DNA of 64,000 nucleotides from Octopus vulgaris. Its lineage: Eukaryota. Within the stretch, counting starts at the first letter, position 1. Each line of letters starts with the position of its first letter. Positions 41,468 to 56,639 of the stretch are shown one piece after another. The translations under genes and the position numbers were made by a program. The notes under the pieces are model-generated. The model searched no databases. It saw nothing but the letters and a program-made list of their open reading frames with translations, and was not told the DNA's origin. The stretch is taken from positions 154,566,001-154,630,000 of the forward strand of contig OX597815.1 in assembly GCA_951406725.2 (NCBI GenBank), written 5' to 3'.

Positions 41468-41519
41468 TAAATTGATCGATACAACTGAGTGGGCAAACAA
41501 AAATATGCGACACAGCGTA

Positions 41520-42245
<726 letters not shown>

Positions 42246-43033
42246 TGTGTGTGAGTGTATGTGCGTATGTATGTATGCATGTATATATGCGAATATATAT
42301 GTGTACATATTACATGTACAGCTATATATATACATACATCTACACATATACATGTATACATATGCATCTATATGTATAGAAATAAATGTATACATATACA
42401 GATACACACACACACATGCATAGGTGCAGGAGTGGCTGGGTGGTAACAAACTTCGTTCCAAACCACATGGTCCTGGGTTAAAAATTAAATTTAAAACAAT
42501 AAGGTTGAGAAATTGAATATTAATTTGAGAAATTGAATATTAATTTGATTAATATGAATTAAAAACCATAGCGGATCTTCTTGTAGCAAAATGGATGTCC
42601 ACTGTTAATGGTTCATCCTTCTTATATAATAGTTTGACTTTAATAGTTTCAGTATTAAAGTGAATGTATCTGACATTACAATAGAGAAATGTTTTTGTTT
42701 TACTTTTAACACGTAATACTGAAATAGTGGAGAAGATATGATATTGTTGTGGGCTCGCTCTAGGCAAGAAGTTAGAAGATTTTTGCCCATGACACTACTT
42801 GGGCATGTCTAAAATTTGAATGAAATTGGTTGTGTATTTCTCAAGTTTCAGGGATTCATACAGACAGACACACATTCTCAGTTTTATATACATACATACA
42901 TACATACCTACATACATACATATACCAGGCACGTGTTGTCAGTTTTTACTCAGAGTAGGCAGTTGTTGACCTTTATGTAGTACAATGCGTAGCTTAAATA
43001 CTGAGATTAACAATCATTAATTATGATGCACAG

Positions 43034-43092
<59 letters not shown>

Positions 43093-43167
43093 AATTTTTA
43101 TTCCTCCACTTCACTCTCTATTTCTTATCTTATCTAAATTAACTATTGCTTAAACATTTTCTCACAC

Positions 43168-43215
43168 CGCTCCGATGAAGGGATATAAAATTATTCCGGA
43201 AACAGCTGTAAGACC
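43168..43215 (+). ncRNA. Degenerate PLE-type hammerhead motif
   Basis: gct-CCGATGA-agggatataaaattattccg-GAAA-cagctg-TA-agac; palindromic stem III; U-to-C core change, weak stem I. Confidence 0.45.
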
Positions 43216-43457
43216 TTATATTTATAAATATTTTTAAATCGTCACACCCTTGGATTTTTATTTCATTCTGAAAAAAAATATATATATACACATGCTGATA
43301 TATGACCTACGTTTGACTTTTTATACGCATAATCACCGAACCTGGAGCTTAACTATGGTCTGTCCATAGCACTTATTCAACATTACCTGACACCTTTGGG
43401 TCTTATTGGCACCATTACCTCTCATAACCCCTCTCTCTCTTTATATATATATATATG

Positions 43458-43494
<37 letters not shown>

Positions 43495-43499
43495 TTGTA

Positions 43500-43558
<59 letters not shown>

Positions 43559-43959
43559 ATATATATATATATATATCCAATTTGAGGGAGTGTAGCAAGT
43601 AAAATCCAGGATACACATGTTTCCAAACTAGCAGATCCTCGGAAGTAATAATTATTCAACGAGGCTTACTCCTTTAGTTACACATCAGACCACAGATAGC
43701 TTAATTAAATGAAGGCTACATCGCCCTTACACCTCACTATTAACCTCATATACATATCCCTTGCCTTCACATATTCTTTCTCCTTTACTTTCCCCACATG
43801 CACTAGCACACCTATATACTCACTCACACCACCATAATGCACATACCCGTCCAGGCCTCCCACCCACGTAGTATTACATTTACATGCTACCCCCCACACA
43901 CACTATGCGCTCACCACTACTCCTGAATGTCCATCAATACTCACACACACTCACATTAA

Positions 43960-44700
43960 AAAATGGGAGAAAACTGATTGTATTGCAGACCTTCCCAATA
44001 GACGCAGAATATGCATGCAAGACTCACAGAGTGGAAGGAAATTTGAAACAAATAGAAAACTATTACAAAGGAATCATTACAATGGATCTGCGTGTGGTAT
44101 ATAAAGAAACATTAACACATAGAAATTGTAGATTGATTAGGATATAGGAGAAAACCAAATGAAGTCTATATGCAAACAGTAAGTTACAAATTAAAACGAA
44201 GAATATTGAAAACTATTACTTAAACGTGAACAAACAGAAAAAAAAAGATAGAATGTTAAACTAGCTAAAAAGAAAGAAAGCAAATACAATAGTAATTCTC
44301 AAACATAAAGAGAAGATCAATAGCCTGCAAGTTTGGACACAAATAAAATAAGCCAGTATAAAGCCTAACAATGACTAAAAACATTCAAGATTGGAGACAA
44401 AAACAGATTTGATTCTTGCTATTCAAATACAGTGACTAACTATAAAAACTTTCAGCAAACAAGCAAGAGGAAAACGACGATTGCAAATTATTCAACCGAC
44501 ACAACGAAATAATTGGCTTCAGTATTTCTGGATCCCCATTCATTATTATGAGAAAATACGCTCTCAGATATAATGCGGACAGCAAATTGTATACATCGTA
44601 CTATGCGAATATGCAAAAATCTTCCGGCGGTAACTGAAACAATAGAGAGAAGCAAATACGAATCTAATATAAGACTTGGTTTTGATACTCTGGCATATAC
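43960..44700 (+). mobile_element. Very decayed R4/Dong LINE scrap
   Basis: RKLIVL..P.D.EY..HRVEGNLKQIENYYKGIITMDL aligns by eye with RKLLSCNRMHHPKSDVDRLYLPRAQGGRGLIQFELAYKTTTIEL. Confidence 0.45.
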
Positions 44701-44829
44701 TTGATATCTTCTCGGCAACACTTCATTAAAGTAAACAGTTAATGTCGTAGTATTGAATTGCGTTTGATAACTTATATGCTTTAATTGTTAAGTTACAAAC
44801 AAAAGCATAGGCCATCGTGTTATTAAATC

Positions 44830-45200
44830 TAAAGCCACCTTTCTACTAGTTCATGTCCCTCTAGGCGAAGAACACATTCACTGAAGCTTCCACCTTCTCT
44901 CGGTTGATGAAGCACCGCGAATACAGGGATTGTACAATGGATCGAAACATGTAATAATCCGAGGGAGATATTTTCCGCAATCGAAACGTGCATAAGCAGT
45001 GATGAGCGTTTCGAAGATAAGGTGCTGCTTTGCACCTGATGAAATTATGAGAGAATAATTCACTACGTGCTCTTTTCAGATGGCCGAACCATCGGTACCA
45101 ATGACTACTCCACTGGAGATGTGTGCCATTGTGCCGCAAAACACCCAGCATTACTTAAAAGAAAAAAAACGAGCTCTTTTGCAGTAACACAATGCAAAAT
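44830..45200 (-). mobile_element. mariner transposase C-terminal remnant
   Basis: ..PSDYYMFRSIVQSL..F..VNVFFA and LVERW. Confidence 0.6.
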
Positions 45201-45396
45201 ATCATACTACTCGAAAACCCCAGAATAAGCACCAGGAACTTGACGGAACTGATGCCAGCTCCAGTATAATGACTGAACCTAGCACCTTTGGCTTATTTCT
45301 CCTTGTTATCGAAAAGGTCTCAAAATGACCGAAACCGGTACTGAAATATTCTTTATAAAATTATTTTAGCATTTTCTATATTGACTTGTTTTTTCA

Positions 45397-45410
45397 TATA
45401 TATATGTATG

Positions 45411-45487
<77 letters not shown>

Positions 45488-45621
45488 ATATATATATGTA
45501 TGTATATATATATATATATGTATATATATATGTATGTATATATATATATGTATATATATGTTATATATATATATATGTATATATATATATGTGTATATAT
45601 ATGTATATATATATGTATATA

Positions 45622-45666
<45 letters not shown>

Positions 45667-45683
45667 GTATATATATGTATACA
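45397..45683. repeat. Long (TA/TG) microsatellite
   Basis: Direct read. Confidence 0.95.
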
Positions 45684-45986
45684 TGCGATTGGCTTCTTTT
45701 CAGTTTCCGTCTACCAAATCCATTCAGAAGGCTTTAATCGGCCTGAATCTATAGCAGAAGTCATTTGCTACATAGCCACATGGAATAATTGAAGCACTTA
45801 ATATGCCAATCCGATTGAATTATGTACTTACTCCGAAGAAAAGATGACAACACAAGGGAGTGACAGGAAATATAAATCAACCTGCCGAAAAATTATGAAA
45901 AACATCGCAATAAAATCTGAATTTTATTTGAGGTTTCTAGTAATATTTGCTGGCGATGTTCATCAAGACTAAGGCCCAGTTCAATT

Positions 45987-46235
45987 TTAATGAGCAATGT
46001 CTTCCATCGAAATTTTGCAAGTATTTTGTATGATATTGAACCAATGAAACACTATTAGCTCCAATTCATGAGGAGAAACTGGACTCGAACGAAGTGTGCT
46101 TCTGCTGCCAAGACCACTGCGTCTGCAGTTCAAAGAAATTTTTTTGGTTGTCAGCACCTGGTGAATGAAAGATACAAAATTCCTTCTAGTCAATAGGCGT
46201 CTTACGCATTCCTGTCTACTAATGTTGAATAACAT
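45987..46235 (-). mobile_element. Possible pogo/Tigger CENP-B-type HTH remnant
   Basis: RSTLRSSP..ELELIVFHWFNIIQ..ISMEDI resembles the RKRLR..ELE.AL..WF..PISG pattern. Confidence 0.35.
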
Positions 46236-46623
46236 TTATTGATCTGTTCAATAAGCACTTCGCGTTGTGTGTTAATTTATCTATTCTGTCCACGTTTTGT
46301 ATGTATAGACATGTCAGAGTTATGTAAATCAGATTGATAATTCCGAATTTGGTCAAAATAAAGGATAAAAACAAATTTTAATATCAATATTGTTAAAAGC
46401 TATGAAAATTTTGAACGTAGAAGCTATCATTCTGATATTTAGTTATACAATTTTGAAGTTCATATCCCACGGAAGTCGATATGCCCACAGCTGATAATTT
46501 GAGTAAAGACCATGCACTGATCTGCATATCATTCAGCAATATATTCCAAGATGTATGACATTGTGTTTATATTAAAAATCATTATGCTTACTGTAATTTC
46601 GTTATTGTTATTACCAGCGTTGT

Positions 46624-46836
46624 GCAAGGCGGCGAGCTGGCAGAATCGTTAGCACGCCAGGCGAACCACGTAGCGTAATTTCTCTTATTGCTACGTTTCT
46701 AGATCAAGTTCCGCCAAGGTCGATTTTGCCTTTCATCCTTTCGGGGTCGATAATTTAGCTACCATGAAATTCTGGGTTCAATGTAATCGAGTAGCCTCCT
46801 TCCCCAAAACTTCAGGCTGTGTGCCTGTAATAGAAA
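46624..46836 (+). mobile_element. tRNA-derived SINE family C (Meta/MESC-like central domain)
   Basis: ggcggcgagctggcagaatcgttagc head; gcctttcatcctttcggggtcgataa core; related copies at ~50480-50560(-), 51240-51410(-), 57985-58147(-), 61090-61250(+). Confidence 0.75.
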
Positions 46837-47969
46837 GGTTATAACCAGCGTTGTTATTTCTGTCCACACATCAGTGTAATACGTCGAAAAGCGATAATTT
46901 CCGGTTTTCGTCATGCTATGCAGATGGAATGCAAATGTCACCCACTTTTAAACAGACGACCAGATTATTAAAGTTATCTTCAAATCAAGACAAAACTGAA
47001 TACAGCAAGACAAACCAAACAATATCTTTCTGAATTCATGCTGATGCCATATTCTCTTAGTTGTGAATTACACCACATTTTAATGTCAAGTAGTTATACA
47101 AGCATACTTACTTTCAGACTAACCTTGTTGTGTGTTTCTCTTGGATATATACATAGTATATCATCTGTGAAAGGATTAAATATTCTGCTCAAAGGAATGA
47201 TTAGAAAAAAGACCCGAGCATACAACTTCTCTCCCGTAGAAGATCAAAAGAAATTATTGTACACAAAGAAAACATTTCAGATTTACCGTGGAGGATTTTG
47301 GGATTTCATTCCGTTTTTAAGATATTAAGGGTTCCAGTGAATGGAAACACCAATCAGGAAAAGTATGATTGCACAGGAAGAAATGACATATAATCTGTTA
47401 TATACTTCCAGATGATGTGTACATCAATGAAAAATAACAATAAGCTGGATTCCAATACCTGGCCCATACGATGCAAATTTTGTGCGACTGCTCAACCAAA
47501 GAAGTTCAAAGAAATTCCGAGAGTAGTTGGGGTTTAAAGGGAATTGCATGGGCGCATTGTATCATTCCACTCTTTAAGATGACATTGAGTTATATATAGC
47601 TTCTATTTCTAGCAGTTCAGATGATCATGAAGAATCGCTAATTGCTATTGCGCTCTCTTCTCGAAACATCTCTTCTATAGCTATGATAACTAAGGGTGAC
47701 TTTCACCGAGGAATCGTAATGTATCGTCTTCGAAAAGAGGAACAACATACTGCACAATATATCTGAGTTTAAGTCAAAAGATACTTGTCGCTAACGCTAG
47801 GAGTCACATCCTTTTTTAAAATATAAAACCTAGGTCATTGTTCCAAAAGAAGAAATATAAATTAATGAAGATATTTGTCATGTCATAAGCTATCGATGAA
47901 CGAAGTTTATGAAGTTGAACTTACAAAGTGTATATAGTCTTGTTAAAATTTCAATACGTTAGTAGTGTT

Positions 47970-48018
<49 letters not shown>

Positions 48019-48040
48019 GTGTGTGTATCTCTGTGTGTAT

Positions 48041-48830
48041 ACAGGGTTGGAAAAATAATGGAAACAACTAGCATCACAGCATCATAATTTTGAAAGATCT
48101 ATAAAACCGTCAAAAGCTTGTTTATTTTTATGGTTTTTGATTTATTCTTTGCGTTACTTAATATGTTTTGCTAAACTTACTGTTTCTTTTCAGATATCAT
48201 CAGAAAAAAGGTAATTAAATTTCATTAAAATGACAGATCTATCGAACTTTCAAAACCGTCCCGTTACGTACTTATTTCGTTTGGTGTATCAAGAATTAAT
48301 GTTTCGAGAGTAATGACAGACTTTGAGAAAGGGAAAAACCTCGTCGTCGAGACAAAACTCCGGAAGAAAACCAAAACTCTGAGATAGGGACCGTCGGACT
48401 CTTACGCAAATTGTTAGAATAGATCACAAAATTACTGCAGTGCATACTGATATCCTCAAGAACCCACTTTTCACATAACTGTTTACCGGGAGTTGCACAA
48501 AGCCAGATTTCACAGGAGGGCTGCAAGCAGAAAACCACTAATATCAAAAGCAAACATTGCAAAGCATTTGGAGTGGAGTATAGACCTACAGAATTGGTCC
48601 CTAGAGACGCCGAAGAATGTTATTTTCTCAGACAAGTTATTCTTTACCTTATTTCCGACCACCAGTCGGAAATAAGGTAAATTATGGCGTCAGCCAAAAG
48701 AAGCATTTGAGAAACATCTAGAGAAGTTGAGCATCTTATCTGGCCACCACAGACCCCAGATTTCAATATTATTAAACATTTATGGTGCATTTTAGAAAAA
48801 AAGTAAGGTGTTGATATCCTCCACCATCAT
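48041..48830 (+). mobile_element. Decayed Tc1-family transposon, 5' end and deleted transposase
   Basis: ta|cagggttggaaaaataatggaaaca end; NSGRKPKL, RAASRKPLISKANIAKHLEW..NW..NVIFSD, WPPQTPDFNIIKHLW. Confidence 0.8.
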
Positions 48831-50227
48831 CACAATTTACATTTTATGATTTATGTGTTTAGTAACTTCAATTCAGTATGTTTTGTTGACTTTTAATTAT
48901 GTTTTCTAGTTCTTTAGGTGGTAATGTCTGTTTTGATTCTCATTTAATTTAATTAATCCATAGGTTTTCATAGCTGTAGGTCTGTCATTGTTTATTAAAT
49001 TTCATTTATTTTGGTGCAACGTGGGATGATTTATGTCGTTTACGTTGAAAGATTAATTTTTCGGAATGGTGGTATGTTATATTCTGGTCATATTTTCCAT
49101 AGTTAAGAGTAGTATATGTTTGGTAACTTGTTTAATTCTGTCATAAGTTTATTAATTTGAGTTTGCTACATTTATTTCGTTTCCGTTTAAAGTTCTTTAT
49201 AAGTCATTGTCCGTTTTGGTATATCTTTATTTTACTTAATTTAAGTTTAATACGTACATTTTCGTTACGGTCTATTCGTTTTGATTCTGTTATCGTTCAT
49301 TAAGTAGCAATGTCACCCGCACGTCCAACGTTGTTTGCTTAGTAAGCTTAAGCAGTTGTCAAAGCAAGAAACATATTGAGCTTATGCTTGGCCTCTCAAG
49401 CAGCATTTATACTTTTGGTACTGTTGACTCTATCATATTGAATGGTATTGCCCACATATCGAAACTATAATGATTTTCGATAAACTGCTGATGATGAAAC
49501 GTCTAGAAATTTTTATGTGTTTTTTATTTTGTTATTGTACATGTGTTTCATTGTAATCTTCATGTACCTTATATCCTCATCGTTTCAATGTCGTCCTCTG
49601 TAGTGATATTGGTTCTTGTTAGGTTCTTCTGTCATTTTAGATCGAACTGATACAATATCTTAGTTTACTCCGGAACTTAATTGATTACAGTGTAGTACTG
49701 ATAATCACCCTTTGTCGATTATGCATTGCTTGTAGTGTCTTAATATGCCTTAATTTGTGGAGATTTCATAAACTGCTTTTAAGGTTAGTGATTGCTTGCG
49801 TTCGTGTACTTCCATGCATGCGCACGTTTTAACATTTACAATATGTAGATCGTGTTTGATTGCAGGAATGAATCTGTTGGATTGTAAAGCTTTAATTAAG
49901 CAATTTAATTAAAGAATGACCTCATAATATCACTCTATGTGACATTAAATCTGATCCTAGTCTGTAACAGTGTTTTCGAAAGATATTTTCTCATAAAACA
50001 GTACACTTATTTTATTAAATGACTAAGTCAAACAGGAAGTTTAAATCACGTATCCCTGCATCTGAACCAGAAACCTCCAGTGAAAACTAACAACTGAGAA
50101 ATCTCTTCTAAAGACAAGCAGCGTCAGGCTGGGATTTCAAACCAGGGATTATATTGTGTCACTCCTGTTTCGTTTTCGGCGTACCTAAACATTAAGCCGT
50201 AGCAAGAGGGTTATCTTAGAAATATTC

Positions 50228-50385
50228 TTTTACTCTTTTACTTGTTTTAGTCATTTGACTGCGGCCATTCTAGAGTACCGCCTTTTAGTCGAGCAAATCG
50301 ACCCCAGGACTTATTCTTTGTAAGCCTAGTACTTATTCTATCGGTCTCTCTTGCCGTACCGCTAAGTTACGGGGACGTAAACACA
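50228..50385 (-). mobile_element. SINE family A, 3' fragment
   Basis: Matches 5173-5345. Confidence 0.8.
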
Positions 50386-51590
50386 CAAGAAATACCTGTT
50401 TTAAACTTTTTCCTACAGATAATAATTTCTTCCAGGGTATTATAAAGGAAATTTAAAGAAGAGAGAACAATAAACTCAATCGACTTTTTCAGTCTGGAAG
50501 GATGAAGGGTAAAGTTGACCTCGGCGGGGTTCGAAATCAGAACGTAATGAGCCGGAACAAAAACTGGATTTTATTTTTCAAGTTGCAATGAGAACCCTTC
50601 TCATTAGAAAATAGAAGATGAAGAGAGTAGAAAAGAAATCTATAGTCAAGATATATCCCGTAAATGACATATCGTAACAAAGAATGAGTTTATTTAATTT
50701 ATACCCAGCAATTGAGCTAAGCTACTTCCTTGATTTTGTTAATTATAATGATTTAATATAACGACAATAAACTTAATTTAGATATGAATTTCAATTACGT
50801 ATAGCCTGATGTTATCTTTCAAGTCTTATACTATTCTTCTGTTTTCGTAAAACACACAAATGATATAACAAAAAAAAAATTCCATATACATAGTAAATAA
50901 GAATAATTTTGAGCTATTTACATAAACACTGAAGAGGACTGAAGAACAATATATTGATAAAAATTAATTAATTATATTTGCAATATGTATTATGATAAAC
51001 AATGGAGATTAAGTAACGACAATCTGAAATAGTCTCAGATAAGTCCAAATGCACCACGGCATTACAGTAAATGTGGTTTATTATACAGTATGACATTATG
51101 TTTCAGAATAATAACAGGTGGTATGTTTGTGGTTTCGATGAAGGACCTTCTTCAAACAATGCATGAATGTATTTGAAAACTGCAAATATTGAATAGAGTG
51201 AAAAAATAACAATAGTTTCAAAACTTAGCAAAAGTATAGCAATTTTAAAGGGGAGATCCAAACGATGAGATCGTCCCCGGTGCTTAACTGGTACTTTGTC
51301 AATCTCAAAAGGGTGAAGGGAAAAGTTCTCGGCGATATTCGACCTCAGAACGTAAAGAGACGGAGGAAATTACGCTAAGCATTTTGTCTAGCGCGCTAAC
51401 GATTCAGCCAATTTAGTTATAGTAGTAGTGGTGGTGGTAATAGTAGTAGCAGTTCCTTTTATTAGACACAGAGGCATAGATGAGGGGGATGTCACAAAGA
51501 CAGACAATAATTTGTGCTGGGATTTACGTAAAGGATGGGGACTAAGAAATGGAAAAGTGGGTAAAATGCGATAATATATATATATGTATG

Positions 51591-51625
<35 letters not shown>

Positions 51626-51640
51626 TTATTATATAGAAGG

Positions 51641-51691
51641 AGCTTCTACAGGACTAGAACTGTTTCATTCAAGAGAAATCTTCAGGAAGCT
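51641..51691 (-). ncRNA. Minimal type-I hammerhead ribozyme, left-arm copy
   Basis: Exact reverse complement of 56589-56639. Confidence 0.8.
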
Positions 51692-52107
51692 AGTTAACAA
51701 GAATTGTATTGGCATTTATACATTTAGGCAGGTTTAAAGGGGTGGTGGTGGTGGACTTTTTTGGGGGTAGGCATAGCGCAAAATATCATACTTGGGGGAG
51801 TGGTCAAGGAGTCAGTGGTAAATTAGATAAAAGAATAAATAAAAGAATAAAAAAATAATAAAATAAAAAAATAAAAAAATTAAAAAATTAAAAAATAAAA
51901 TAAAAAAATAAAAAAATAAAAAATAAAAAAGAATAGAGTTTTAGGTAAATAAGGGGATTCTCACTTATACCTATACACACATGTATACATATATACACAC
52001 ACACACATATATACATACATACATACATACACACACACACATATACATATATATACACATACACATACATACACATATCTACACATACACATACATATAT
52101 ATATATC

Positions 52108-52141
<34 letters not shown>

Positions 52142-52783
52142 CATACACACACACATGCATACACATATACACACATGTATATATACACACACGACCACAC
52201 ATACATATACACACAGAAAAATATATATACATACACACACATACACATACACGCATACACACACATATCCACATACACACATGCACACACAACACCACAC
52301 ACAACACACAAGTCCCTATATACACATATATACACATACACACATATATATACATATATATACATATATATATATATACATATGTGTACCTATACATACC
52401 TACACATACACACATATATATACATACAAAAACAGACCCATTCCCTAATTTTAATTTTATTATCTTCATTTATTACTTTTGTTATCTTTGACCGCTGGTC
52501 ACAAGCATCTTGGCTATGACAGCAAGTCCATTAATCTTTCTACTTGAAAACAAGCACTCATTTACGCACGCACACTCATTAGCATGCACGCTCACTCATT
52601 CGTACCCTCATACACATACACGCACGCACGCGTTATATTCATACATACATACATCTACATACGTTCACGTATATACACATACGTACGCGTACCTACAGAT
52701 TCATGTCTACACCCTTAGAAGGCTAGTCTATACATATGCACCAATAAATATATATGCACACATACATATACACCTACATACAA

Positions 52784-52840
<57 letters not shown>

Positions 52841-53027
52841 AATATATATATACATATACACATACATACATACACATACACACATACACATACATACGTA
52901 TACATACATACATACATCCATACATCCATACATATATACACATACACACACCCACACGTATACATATACATACATATATATACGCGCATGCATACACACA
53001 CAAATACATACACATACACATATACAT

Positions 53028-53068
<41 letters not shown>

Positions 53069-53408
53069 TACATACATACACATACATACATATACATACA
53101 TACATATACAAATATACGCACACACATACATACACATATAAACATACACGCACATACACATGTACATGCGTACCCATACACACACACACACGCGCGCATC
53201 TATATATACACACAAGTACACACATGCGTAAAAGTATACATATATCTATGCTTACACATACACACACACACACGCGCCTCCTTATATTCATACTTACATG
53301 CATACTCAAAAAATAAGTAATAATAAATATTAATAAATATTAAGTATAAGTACGTGCAGTTACCTATTATACAGACGGATACATACATATAAACTTACAC
53401 ACACACAC

Positions 53409-53467
<59 letters not shown>

Positions 53468-53914
53468 TATACATATATATATATATATACATACCTACAC
53501 TTACGTACATATACATACACACATAGATAACTCTACGTGCCTACATATACATAAACACACGAGCGTACACGTATATGTACATATACACATACACATACAC
53601 ACACACATATACACATACATACACATACATACACACATATATACACACACACCCATACATATATATATATATATATATGTACATATATATATATATATAT
53701 ATATACATACACATATACACACACATATACTTGTGTGCAAACATACATACATACTCATACACGCACACACACTTACATATACATATATACACACACTTAC
53801 ACTCATATATACATACATATATACATACATACATACATATATGTATACATACACATATTCACACATACACATATATACATATATACACATACATATACAT
53901 TTACACATACATAC

Positions 53915-53956
<42 letters not shown>

Positions 53957-54290
53957 ATATACACACACAACTACATATACATACACATATATACCCACAC
54001 GTACACATATACACATATATACATATATACATACATATATATACACACATACACACACACACATATATATACATACATACACATACATATACATATATAT
54101 ACACACACATACACATACATATACATATATATACACACACATGTATGTGTGTGTATATATATGTATATGTATGTGTATGTGTATATATATATATATATGT
54201 GTGTATATATATGTATGTATATATGTATATATGTGTATATGTGTACGTGTGGGTATATATGTGTATGTATATGTATATGTGTGTGTATAT

Positions 54291-54344
<54 letters not shown>

Positions 54345-54543
54345 GTGTAAATGTATATGTATGTGTATATATGTATATATGTGTATGTGTGAATATGTGT
54401 ATGTATACTTATATGTATGTATGTATGTATATATGTATGTATATATATGTGTGTAAGTGTGTGTATATATGTATATGTAAGTGTGCGTGCGTGTATGAGT
54501 ATGTATGTATGTTTGCACACAAGTATATGTGTGTGTATATGTG

Positions 54544-54609
<66 letters not shown>

Positions 54610-54773
54610 GGTGTGTGTGTATATATGTGTGTATGTATGTGTATGTATATGTATATGTGTGTGTGTATGTGTATGTGTATATGTACATATACGTGTACGC
54701 TCGTGTGTTTATGTATATGTAGGCACGTAGAGTTATCTATGTGTGTATGTATATGTACATAAGTGTAGGTATG

Positions 54774-54834
<61 letters not shown>

Positions 54835-55209
54835 GTGTAAGTTTATATGTATGTATCCGTCTGTATAATAGGTAACTGCACGTACATATACTTAATATTT
54901 ATTAATATTTATTATTATTTATTTTTTGAGTATGCATGAATGAATAACTGCGCGTATATATATTTTATTATTTATTTTTTGAGTATGCATGTAAGTATGA
55001 ATATAAGGAGGCGCGTGTGTGTGTGTGTATGTGTAAGCATAGATATATGTATACTTTTACGCATGTGTGTACTTGTGTGTATATATGGATGCGCGCGTGT
55101 GTGTGTGTGTATGGGTACGCATGTACATGTGCATGTGCGTGTATGTGTATATGTGTATGTATGTGTGTGCGTATATTTGTATATGTATGTATATGTATGT
55201 ATGTGTATG

Positions 55210-55251
<42 letters not shown>

Positions 55252-55460
55252 CATATGTATATGTGTATGTGTATGTATTTGTGTGTGTATGCATGCGCGT
55301 ATATATATGTATGTATATGTATACGTGTGGGTGTGTGTATGTGTATATATGTATGTATGTATGGATGTATGGATGTATGTATGTATGTATACGTATGTAT
55401 GTGTATGTGTGTATGTGTATGTATGTATGTGTATATGTATATATATATATATATACATAC

Positions 55461-55494
<34 letters not shown>

Positions 55495-56588
55495 GTATGT
55501 ATTTGTATGTAGGTGTATATGTATGTGTGTATATATATTTATTGGTGCATATGTATAGACTAGCCTTCTAAGGGTGTAGACATGAATCTGTAGGTACGCG
55601 TACGTATGTGTATATACGTGAATGTATGTAGATGTATGTATGTATGAATATAACGCGTGCGTGCGTGTATGTGTATGAGGGTACGAATGAGTGAGCGTGC
55701 GTGCTAATGAGTGTGCGAGCGTGAATGAGTGCTTGTTTTCAAGTAGAAAGATTAATGGACTTGCTGTCATAGCCAAGATGCTTGTGACCAGCGGTCAAAG
55801 ATAACAAAAGTAATAAATGAAGATAATAAAATTAAAATTAGGGAATGGGTCTGTTTTTGTATGTATATATATGTGTGAATGTGTAGGTATGTATAGGTAC
55901 ACATATGTATATATATATATATGTATATATATGTATATATATGTGTGTATGTGTATATATGTGTATATAGGGACTTGTGTGTTGTGTGTGGTGTTGTGTG
56001 TGCATGTGTGTATGTGGATATGTGTGTGTATGCGTGTATGTGTATGTGTGTGTATGTATACATATATTTTCTGTGTGTATATGTATGTGTGGTCGTGTGT
56101 CTATATATACATGTGTGTATATGTGTATGCATGTGTGTGTGTCTATGTATATATATATATATGTATATATATAGATATATATATATGTATGTGTATGTGT
56201 AGATATGTGTATGTATGTGTATGTGTATATATATGTATATGTGTGTGTGTGTATGTATGTGTGTATGTATATGTGTGTGTGTGTGTGTATATATGTATAC
56301 ATGTGTGTATAGGTATAAGTGAGAATCCCCTTATTTACCTAAAACTCTATTCTTTTTTTATTTTTTTATTTTTTTATTTTTTTATTTTTTTATTTTATTT
56401 TTTTATTTTTTTATTTTATTATTTTTTTATTCTTTTATTTATTCTTTTATCTAATTTACCACTGACTCCTTGACCCCTCCCCCAAGTATGATATTTTGCG
56501 CTATGCCTACCCCGAAAAAAGTCCACCACCACCACCACCCCTTTAAACCTGCCTAAATGTATAAATGCCAATACAATTCTTGTTAACT

Positions 56589-56639
56589 AGCTTCCTGAAG
56601 ATTTCTCTTGAATGAAACAGTTCTAGTCCTGTAGAAGCT
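56589..56639 (+). ncRNA. Minimal type-I hammerhead ribozyme, right-arm copy
   Basis: agcttc-CTGAAGA-tttc tctt gaat-GAAA-cag ttctagtc ctg-TA-gaagct: 6-bp stem I, intact core, short stem II, stem III with CTAG palindrome in the loop, GUA cleavage triplet ending at 56633. Confidence 0.8.

Noticed and set aside
51888-56473. Many long ORFs (up to 395 aa) rich in Y/I/H/T or C/V/M/Y
   Set aside because: Translations of CA/TA microsatellite, open on both strands; not protein-coding evidence
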